A stretch of DNA of 53,299 nt from Stellaceae bacterium (GTDB lineage: Bacteria > Pseudomonadota > Alphaproteobacteria > ATCC43930 > CGMCC-115725): NCBI GenBank assembly GCA_035552135.1, contig DASZLY010000338.1:1-53299 (forward strand), written 5' to 3'. The translations under genes and the position numbers were made by a program. Shown in pieces: positions 46,777-53,299 of this stretch (the stretch's first letter is position 1; every line of letters starts with the position of its first letter). The notes below the pieces were generated by a model. That model had not been told where the DNA came from and ran no database searches. It saw nothing but the letters and a program-made list of their open reading frames with translations.

Positions 46777-47590
46777 GCCGGCGGGCAAGCAGCTTGTAGA
46801 TCGCCGCCGCGGTCTCCTCGATCGAGCGCCTGGTGACGTCGATGACCGGCCAGTGATGCTCGGCGCAGACGCGGCGCGCCTCGCGCACCTCGGCGCGCAC
46901 CGCCTCAATGTCGGTGTAGTCGGTCTCGCCGTTATGGTCGAGCATCGATAGGCGGTTGCGGCGCAGGTGGATCAGCCGCTCGGGGTCGTTGGTCAGCCCG
47001 ACGATCAACGGCCTGGTCGCCGCGAGCAGCTCGGGCGGCAGCTTCACGCCGGGCACAAAAGGCACATTCGCGGTCTTGATACCGCGATTGGCGAGATAGA
47101 GGCTGGTCGGCGTCTTCGAAGTACGCGACACGCCGACGAGGCATACATCGGCATCGTCGATGCCCCAACTCGACTGGCCATCATCGTGGTTGATCGCAAA
47201 GGTCATCGCGTCGATGCGGGCGAAGTACTCGTTGTCGAGCAGATGCTGCTTGCCGGGCATGCCGCGCATCTTGGCGCCGAGATAGGCCGAGATCGCACCG
47301 AGCACGGGATCGAGGACCGGGATCGTCGTCACCCCGAGCCGCCGGCAGTTCTCCTGCAGCGCCTGGCGCAGCGCGTCGTTGACCAGCGTATAGAGCACGA
47401 TCCCCGGGTTGGCCTCGACCCCGGCAATCACCCGGTCGAGCTGGCCGTGTGTGCGCACCATGCTCCAGACATGCTCGATCGCCTGCGCGTCGTCGAATTG
47501 CACGAGACAGGCACGCGCCACCGAATGGACTGTATCGCCCGTCGAATCCGACACGAGATGAAGGTGAAACCGGGTTGTCGCCACAGACAT
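46760..47590 (-). CDS. Pyruvate,phosphate dikinase / PEP synthase regulatory protein (DUF299, PpsR/PDRP family; RP001 homologue)
   Basis: ORF 46760..47590; FHLHLVSDSTGDT..VGVSRTSKTPTSLYLANRG. Confidence 0.9.
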   Translation of the reverse strand: MSVATTRFHLHLVSDSTGDTVHSVARACLVQFDDAQAIEHVWSMVRTHGQLDRVIAGVEANPGIVLYTLVNDALRQALQENCRRLGVTTIPVLDPVLGAISAYLGAKMRGMPGKQHLLDNEYFARIDAMTFAINHDDGQSSWGIDDADVCLVGVSRTSKTPTSLYLANRGIKTANVPFVPGVKLPPELLAATRPLIVGLTNDPERLIHLRRNRLSMLDHNGETDYTDIEAVRAEVREARRVCAEHHWPVIDVTRRSIEETAAAIYKLLARRHGLDA

Positions 47591-47997
47591 TCCTCGTCGG
47601 TTTATCCCACCCGCCCGGCGGATCGCTTTGGCAAACCGGGGACAACCGGCCGGCTTATCCCCAGCGCGCTCAGATCAGCCAAATCCGCTCCCGCTCCCGC
47701 CTGTCTCATCCTGCCGCCTTTCCCCAGCGGATAACTTCCTGCTCGCCCGGCCACAAGGCGGGATAAAAACCACTCACCGCGGGATTATCCCGCTTATCCC
47801 CGCAATCCGTCACCGCACAAACCTTGCCGGGACGTGCCTATCATAGCTTTTTTCACCGGACGTCCAGACTTGCCGAAGCGATCTCAGCTTTTGTGGGATT
47901 TTATCGGGACAGAATCTAATCCCCGCTATACCCGGCCCCACTACTACCACCTCCCTTTAAGAATCTTTTATGTATGAAGAGGAAGGAGGCGCGAACG
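47591..47997. other. Probable chromosomal replication origin (oriC) in the DUF299/hemE intergenic region
   Basis: 407-bp non-coding spacer at the position of Caulobacter Cori. DnaA-box-like motifs: TTATCCCAC 47602-47610; TTATCCCCA 47655-47663; TTATCCGCT (minus) 47726-47734; TTATCCCGC (minus) 47758-47766; tandem TTATCCCGC 47785-47793 plus TTATCCCCG 47794-47802; AATCCCACA (minus) 47892-47900; TAATCCCCG 47917-47925. AT-richer stretch 47838-47990. Two GANTC sites (47912, 47961). Confidence 0.65.
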
Positions 47998-49041
47998 ATG
48001 GCGAAAAATACCGCGGGCAGACCGGTAAAACCGTTGCTGCGCGCGCTGGCCGGCGAAACGGTTGCCCATCCGCCTTGGTGGCTGATGCGTCAAGCGGGGC
48101 GGTATCTGCCGGAGTACCGAGCGGTCCGGGCCAAGGCCGGCGATTTCATTACCCTTTGCCTGACCCCGGATTGGGCCGCCGAGGTGACGCTGCAGCCGGT
48201 ACGCCGGTTCGGCATGGATGCCGCGATACTGTTTTCCGACATTCTGCTCGTGCCACGCGCCTTGGGCCAGCGCCTGTCGTTCGAGAATGACGGCCCAAAG
48301 CTCGAACCGGTGTCGAGCGTCGACGTGCTGCGCCCGGCGGATATGGCGATGCTGGCGCCGGTCGGCGAGGCGGCTCGCCGGGTTCGCGCCGCATTGCCGG
48401 ACAAGACCGCGTTGATCGGCTTTGCCGGCGCGCCGTGGACCGTCGCGACCTACATGGTCGAGGGCGGTACCAGCCGCGATTTTCACCGCGTCAAGGCATG
48501 GGCGTACCGCGACCCCCCCGGGTTCGCCGCGTTGATCGAGCGGATTTCCGCCGCGACCCTGGAATTTCTCGCGATCCAGATCGTGGCGGGCGCGGAAACA
48601 GTGCAGCTTTTCGACTCTTGGGCCGGCGCCCTGGCGCCGGATGGTTTCGAGCGCTGGGTCATCGCGCCGACAAAACATCTGGTCGCCGCACTGAAAAAGC
48701 GGTTTCCGCAGATACCCGTCATCGGCTTTCCGCGCGGTGCGGGGGTAATGGTCGACCGCTACGCGGCGGAGACCGGGGTCGATGCGGTCGGCCTGGATAC
48801 TGTAACGCCACCGGGTTTTGCCCGCGACCGGCTGCAGCCGCAGGTCGCGGTGCAGGGCAATCTCGACCCTGTGCTGCTGCTGGCTGGGGGCCCGGCTTTA
48901 ATCGAGACGGCAAACAATATCCGGCAGACGCTCGGCGCCGGGCCGTTCGTCTTCAATCTCGGGCACGGCATCCTTCCCGAGACGCCGCCCGAGCATGTTG
49001 CCGCGCTGGCGCGGCTGCTCAACGAGCCGCCCGGCGCGTGA
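47998..49041 (+). CDS. hemE: Uroporphyrinogen decarboxylase
   Basis: ORF 47974..49041; ATG 47998 has GGAGG 8 nt upstream; PPWWLMRQAGRYLPEYR..AAILFSDIL. Confidence 0.95.
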   Translation: MAKNTAGRPVKPLLRALAGETVAHPPWWLMRQAGRYLPEYRAVRAKAGDFITLCLTPDWAAEVTLQPVRRFGMDAAILFSDILLVPRALGQRLSFENDGPKLEPVSSVDVLRPADMAMLAPVGEAARRVRAALPDKTALIGFAGAPWTVATYMVEGGTSRDFHRVKAWAYRDPPGFAALIERISAATLEFLAIQIVAGAETVQLFDSWAGALAPDGFERWVIAPTKHLVAALKKRFPQIPVIGFPRGAGVMVDRYAAETGVDAVGLDTVTPPGFARDRLQPQVAVQGNLDPVLLLAGGPALIETANNIRQTLGAGPFVFNLGHGILPETPPEHVAALARLLNEPPGA

Positions 49042-49042
49042 G

Positions 49043-49990
49043 ATGGCGCGGCGCGCGATCGTGCTGATGAATCTCGGTGGCCCGGATTCGCTTACCGCGG
49101 TGCGGCCGTTTCTGACCAATCTGTTCAGCGACAAGGCGATCATCGACCTGCCGCTGCTCTTGCGCTGGCCGCTGGCGTGGTTGATCGCCCGGCGGCGAGA
49201 GGCCGTGGCACGCGACATTTACGATCATCTTGGCGGCGGATCGCCGCTCGTCGCCAACACCAAAGCGCAAGGCGATGCGCTCGAAGCTGCGCTCGGGCCG
49301 GGCAATCGCTCGTTTGTCGCGATGCGCTACTGGCATCCGCTGACCGGGGAGACCGTCGCACAGGTCAAGGCGTGGCAGCCGGATGAAATCGTCTGCCTGC
49401 CGCTCTATCCGCAATTCTCGACGACCACAACCGCATCGTCGTTGGCGGCATGGCAACGCGAGGCGGCGCGCCAAGCGCTCGCTTGCCCGACGCGGATCGT
49501 CCCGCCTTATCCTGCGGCGCCCGGCTTTATCGCCGCGCTGGCCGGGTTGATCGGGCCGGTGCTCGACGCGGCCGCGCGCGACCAAAAAACCCGCCTGCTG
49601 CTCAGCGCGCACGGTTTGCCGCTAAAGATCGTGCAGCGCGGCGACCCCTATCCGCAGCAGATCGAGCAAACCGCTACCGCACTCGTCGCGGCGCTCGAGC
49701 GGCCGGAACTCGATCGGGTGGTCTGCTACCAGAGCCGGGTCGGCCCGCTCGCTTGGCTCGGGCCGGCGACCGACGACGAAATCCGCCGTGCCGGGCGCGA
49801 CGGGGTCGCGGTAGTGGTGGCGCCGATCTCCTTTGTCTCGGAGCATTCGGAAACCTTGGTCGAGCTCGACCGCGACTATCGCCGCCTCGCCGAGACCGCC
49901 GGCGTTCCGGCCTATTACCGCGTCCCGGCGGTCGGCACCGACCCGCGCTTTATCACCGCCCTCGCCGCACTGGTCGAGGCCGCCGCATGA
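49043..49990 (+). CDS. hemH: Ferrochelatase
   Basis: ATG 49043 in ORF 48995..49990; IVLMNLGGPD..FLTNLFSD..YPQFS..SAHGLP..FVSEHSETL. Confidence 0.9.
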   Translation: MARRAIVLMNLGGPDSLTAVRPFLTNLFSDKAIIDLPLLLRWPLAWLIARRREAVARDIYDHLGGGSPLVANTKAQGDALEAALGPGNRSFVAMRYWHPLTGETVAQVKAWQPDEIVCLPLYPQFSTTTTASSLAAWQREAARQALACPTRIVPPYPAAPGFIAALAGLIGPVLDAAARDQKTRLLLSAHGLPLKIVQRGDPYPQQIEQTATALVAALERPELDRVVCYQSRVGPLAWLGPATDDEIRRAGRDGVAVVVAPISFVSEHSETLVELDRDYRRLAETAGVPAYYRVPAVGTDPRFITALAALVEAAA

Positions 49991-50436
49991 GCGGCGCGCT
50001 CGTCGCCGCCTATCCGTGGATCAAGGCGCTGCATATCGTCAGCGTGATCGCCTGGATGGCGGGGCTGCTCTATCTGCCGCGGCTTTTCGTCTATCACGCC
50101 GCCGCGGCCCCCGGTTCCGAGACGGCGGAAACCTTCAAGGTCATGGAGCGTCGGTTGCTGCGCGGCATCATGCATCCGGCGGCGATCATGGTGGTGTTGT
50201 TTGGCGCGCTGCTTGCCGCGACGCCGGGCGTCATCGACTGGCGCCAGGGCTGGATTTGGGCGAAGCTCGCCCTGGTCTTTGGCCTGGGCGTTTTTCACTT
50301 GATGCTTGCCGCATGGCGCCGCGAATTCGCCGCCGGCCGGGTGCCCCACACCGCCCGCTTTTTCCGCATGGTCAATGAATTGCCGACGCTGGCGCTGATT
50401 GCCATCGTCATTCTTGTTGTCGTCCGGCCGTTCTGA
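49987..50436 (+). CDS. hemJ: Protoporphyrinogen IX oxidase HemJ family membrane protein
   Basis: ATG 49987 (ATGA overlap with hemH) in ORF 49450..50436; YPWIKALHIVSVIAWMAGLLYLPRLFVYH. Confidence 0.85.
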   Translation: MSGALVAAYPWIKALHIVSVIAWMAGLLYLPRLFVYHAAAAPGSETAETFKVMERRLLRGIMHPAAIMVVLFGALLAATPGVIDWRQGWIWAKLALVFGLGVFHLMLAAWRREFAAGRVPHTARFFRMVNELPTLALIAIVILVVVRPF

Positions 50437-50517
50437 AGAAAAACCGCAGCAATGGCGGCACTTCGCCCTTGCAAAGGTGTTTGACTTGCATATCTGCATT
50501 CGGTAAGGGATGAACCG

Positions 50518-50539
50518 AGCCGGCCACCGGCTTTTCTTC
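50518..50539 (+). terminator. Weak hairpin plus T-tract between hemJ and rho (hemJ terminator or rho-leader attenuator)
   Basis: agccgg-cca-ccggct (50518-50532) followed by tttcttc. Confidence 0.35.
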
Positions 50540-50674
50540 AGACTTTCCCAGCACAGTACAGCGCAACTTCCCCGCCCGCCGGACTCGTTCCGCGCCCGGC
50601 ACCCATAGACGGGCAGGCCCCGTCCTCACCGCCCTGGTTTCATTGCCCTTGGGCCATATCGCGACGAAAGCTCC

Positions 50675-51931
50675 ATGAACCTCGACGAACTCAAGCGGAA
50701 AACCCCCGCTGAACTCCTCGCCTTTGCCGAAGAACTGCAGATCGAAAACGCCTCGTCCCTGCGCAAGCAGGAACTGATGTTCGCGATCTTGAAACAGCTC
50801 GCGGAAAACGACGTACCGATCTCCGGCACCGGCGTGCTCGAAGTCCTGTCGGACGGCTTCGGCTTTCTGCGCTCGCCCGAGGCGAACTACCTCGCCGGCC
50901 CCGACGACATCTATGTCAGCCCCAACCAGGTGCGCCGCTTCGGCCTGCGCACTGGCGACACGGTCGAGGGCCAGATCCGCAGCCCGCGCGACGGCGAGCG
51001 CTATTTCGCCCTGGTCAAGGTCGAGCGGATCAATTTCGAGGAGCCCGACCGGCTGCGCCACCGGATCAATTTCGACAACCTCACGCCGCTCTACCCCGAA
51101 GAGAAGATCAAGCTCGAGCTTGACGATCCGACCAAGAAGGATCTGACGACTCGGGTCATCGACCTTATCACCCCGCTCGGCAAGGGGCAGCGGGCGATCA
51201 TCGTCTCGCCGCCGCGCGCCGGCAAAACGGTAATGCTGCAGAACATCGCCAGCGCGATCGCGGTCAACCATCCCGAAATCTTCCTGATTGTCCTCCTGAT
51301 CGACGAGCGGCCCGAGGAAGTCACCGACATGGCCCGCTCGGTGCGCGGCGAGGTGGTCAGCTCGACCTTCGACGAACCGGCGGTGCGCCATGTGCAAGTC
51401 GCCGAGATGGTGATCGAAAAGGCCAAGCGCCTCGTCGAGCACAAACGCGACGTGGTGATCCTCCTCGACTCGATCACCCGCCTCGCGCGCGCCTACAACA
51501 CCGTCGTGCCGTCCTCGGGCAAGGTGCTGACCGGCGGCGTCGACGCCAACGCGCTGCAGCGGCCAAAGCGCTTCTTTGGCGCCGCGCGCAATATCGAGGA
51601 AGGCGGCTCGCTGACCATCATCTCGACCGCGCTGATCGACACCGGCTCGCGCATGGACGAGGTCATCTTCGAGGAGTTCAAGGGCACCGGTAACTCGGAA
51701 ATCGTGCTCGACCGCAAGGTCGCCGACAAGCGCACCTTCCCGTCGATCGACATCACCAAATCCGGCACCCGCAAGGAGGAGCTGCTGGTCGACCGCGGCG
51801 TCCTCTCCAAGATGTGGGTGCTGCGCCGTGTGCTGATGCCGATGGGCACCGTCGACGGCCTCGAATTCCTGATCAATAAGCTCAAGGAATCGAAGAGCAA
51901 CGCCGAATTCTTCGACGCCATGAATACGTAG
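50675..51931 (+). CDS. rho: Transcription termination factor Rho
   Basis: ORF 50675..51931; [21 protein letters not shown].., Walker [18 protein letters not shown], overall collinearity. Confidence 0.95.
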   Translation: MNLDELKRKTPAELLAFAEELQIENASSLRKQELMFAILKQLAENDVPISGTGVLEVLSDGFGFLRSPEANYLAGPDDIYVSPNQVRRFGLRTGDTVEGQIRSPRDGERYFALVKVERINFEEPDRLRHRINFDNLTPLYPEEKIKLELDDPTKKDLTTRVIDLITPLGKGQRAIIVSPPRAGKTVMLQNIASAIAVNHPEIFLIVLLIDERPEEVTDMARSVRGEVVSSTFDEPAVRHVQVAEMVIEKAKRLVEHKRDVVILLDSITRLARAYNTVVPSSGKVLTGGVDANALQRPKRFFGAARNIEEGGSLTIISTALIDTGSRMDEVIFEEFKGTGNSEIVLDRKVADKRTFPSIDITKSGTRKEELLVDRGVLSKMWVLRRVLMPMGTVDGLEFLINKLKESKSNAEFFDAMNT

Positions 51932-51945
51932 TTTTCTGGGATGTC

Positions 51946-52018
51946 GTCCCGGCGGAAGCCGGGACCCACTCTTCAGCCTTTCGAGCCGTGGATATGTGGA
52001 TACCGGCTTGCGCCGGTA
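51946..52018. repeat. Two REP-type hairpins downstream of rho (gtcccggc-ggaa-gccgggac; taccggc-ttgc-gccggta)
   Basis: Stems 51946-51953/51958-51965 and 52001-52007/52012-52018. They produce the spurious peptides GPGFRRDD (ORF 51493..51969) and SYRRKPVS (ORF 50408..52024). Confidence 0.5.
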
Positions 52019-52042
52019 CGACATTCGGAAAGTGCCAAATCC

Positions 52043-53017
52043 TCAGACCGTAAACACCGTCTGCCCGGTGGTCTTGCGGCTTTCGAGGTCGCGATGTGCC
52101 TGCGCCGCGTCGCGCAGGGCGTAGGTCTGGTTGACCATGATCTTGACCGCGCCGCTCTTCACCACGTCGAACAACTCACCCGAGGCGGTCAGCAGTTCCT
52201 CGCGCGTCGCGGTGTAGTTGCCGAGCGTCGGCCGCGTCACATAGAGCGAGCCCTTGCCGGCGAGGATGCCGAGATCGACCGGCGGCACCGCCCCCGACGA
52301 CTGCCCGAACAGCGCCAGGAGGCCGAGCGGCGCCAGGCAGTCGAGCGATTTGAAGAACGTGTCCTTACCGACCGAATCGTAGACCACGGGCAGCTTCTTG
52401 CCGCCGGTGATCTCATTGACCTTGGCAACGAAATCCTCGCTGCGATAGAGGATCGGGTGGTCGCAGCCATGCGCCTTGGCGAGCGCCGCCTTGTCCGCGC
52501 TGCCGACCGTGCCGATCACCGTCGCGCCGAGATGCTTGGCCCACTGGCAGGCGATGAGCCCGACCCCGCCCGCCGCGGCGTGAACCAGGATGGTCTCGCC
52601 CGGCTTCACGACATGGGTGCGGCGGACGAGGTACCACGCGGTCATGCCCTTGAGCATCATCGCCGCGGCTTCCTGGTCGGAAATGCCGTCCGGCACCGGC
52701 ACGAGGCGGTCGGCCGGCATCACCCGTTCCTCGCTATAAGCGCCGAGCGGCCCGCCGGCATAGGCGACGCGATCGCCCGGCTTCAGCCCGGTGACGCCCG
52801 AGCCGACTTCCTCGACCACGCCGCAACCCTCGCCGCCGAGCCCGCTCGGCAGCGCGACCTGGTAGAGCCCGCTGCGCTGATAGGTGTCGATGTAGTTGAG
52901 CCCGACCGCCTTGTGCTTCAGCCGCACCTGGCCGGGGCCGGGCTTGTCGACGCTGACCTGCTGCCATACCAGCACCTCGGGGCCGCCGGTCTTCTCGAAA
53001 CGGATCGCCTGCACCAT
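52043..53017 (-). CDS. qor: NADPH:quinone oxidoreductase (zeta-crystallin/MDR family)
   Basis: ORF 52043..53017; GLNYIDTYQRSGLY..GGEGCGVVEEVG..HAAAGGVGL. Confidence 0.9.
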   Translation of the reverse strand: MVQAIRFEKTGGPEVLVWQQVSVDKPGPGQVRLKHKAVGLNYIDTYQRSGLYQVALPSGLGGEGCGVVEEVGSGVTGLKPGDRVAYAGGPLGAYSEERVMPADRLVPVPDGISDQEAAAMMLKGMTAWYLVRRTHVVKPGETILVHAAAGGVGLIACQWAKHLGATVIGTVGSADKAALAKAHGCDHPILYRSEDFVAKVNEITGGKKLPVVYDSVGKDTFFKSLDCLAPLGLLALFGQSSGAVPPVDLGILAGKGSLYVTRPTLGNYTATREELLTASGELFDVVKSGAVKIMVNQTYALRDAAQAHRDLESRKTTGQTVFTV

Positions 53018-53098
53018 GGTTCTATCCTCCCGAATTCGCCGGGAGGGGTTTTAGAAGCGTGGGGCCGAAAAGCGAAGCGTCTTCCGCCGAGCGTGCCC

Positions 53099-53299
53099 TC
53101 ACGCGATCCCGAGCGAGGCACGCGCCCCGGCGAGGGGCAGCGCCATCAGCGGCCAGAAATCCCAGCCGGTCGACAGATCGGTATTGACCCGCGCGCCGCG
53201 CTCGTTCGCCTCGATAAAGCGCGCCGCAACTCCCGGCTCGGCGAGGATGCCGGTCATCGTCGGCTGCGGGTTCGGGGTCACGTTGACCCCGGTGCCGAA
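53099..53299 (-). CDS. C-terminal fragment (about 66 codons) of an unidentified protein; gene starts beyond the window end
   Basis: Open frame from the window edge to TGA at 53099: FGTGVNVTPNPQPTMTGILAEPGVAARFIEANERGARVNTDLSTGWDFWPLMALPLAGARASLGIA. Coding-like composition, family not recognised. Confidence 0.45.
   Translation of the reverse strand, partial: FGTGVNVTPNPQPTMTGILAEPGVAARFIEANERGARVNTDLSTGWDFWPLMALPLAGARASLGIA

Noticed and set aside
47449-47846. ORFs 47449..47766+, 47628..47846+ and 47181..47645- inside or across the hemE/DUF299 spacer
   Set aside because: No SD, Pro/Ser/Arg-rich composition, and they coincide with the DnaA-box cluster; interpreted as non-coding origin DNA.
47957-47971. 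TTAA-N7-TTAT, a CtrA-box-like site next to hemE
   Set aside because: One mismatch to TTAA-N7-TTAA, only one copy, in an AT-rich stretch where it can arise by chance. Mentioned under oriC but not called as a feature.

Overview
High-GC (roughly 65-70% by eye) alphaproteobacterial core chromosome; the REP-type hairpins suggest Hyphomicrobiales/Rhizobiales. About 60 genes are called. The window spans the conserved origin-proximal cluster secB-dnaQ-coaE-aroE-maf-DUF299(ppsR-like) | hemE-hemH-hemJ-rho. The 407-bp DUF299/hemE spacer (47591-47997) is packed with TTATCC/ATCCCC DnaA-box-like motifs and is the probable oriC. Other confident calls: monomeric icd (5' part), argG, rlmN, ialB-like, ccmABCDE, lysS, lutABC, mltA, Tim44-like, tRNA-Ala(CGC), a DcaP-like porin, two MFS transporters, two ABC systems and qor. 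No CRISPR array, rRNA, transposase, integrase or recognisable defence gene is present. The one clearly accessory segment is a low-GC two-gene islet (16321-18678) between argG and rlmN. It encodes an HTTM (vitamin-K gamma-carboxylase-like) polytopic membrane protein with an unassigned C-terminal domain, followed by a DCC-family CxxC thiol-disulfide oxidoreductase. This is my best candidate for an undescribed system. Other findings: (1) a decayed relic of the homodimeric alphaproteobacterial icd directly upstream of the monomeric icd, implying in-situ gene displacement; (2) a perfect sigma-EcfG promoter in front of an unlisted 24-codon ORF and a membrane protein; (3) a structured leader or sRNA with terminator/antiterminator alternatives 14 nt upstream of ccmA; (4) a PagL-like/2OG-oxygenase pair; (5) REP hairpins that create spurious ORFs; (6) a C-rich rho leader. 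All calls come from reading the sequence and recalling protein families; no searches were run.
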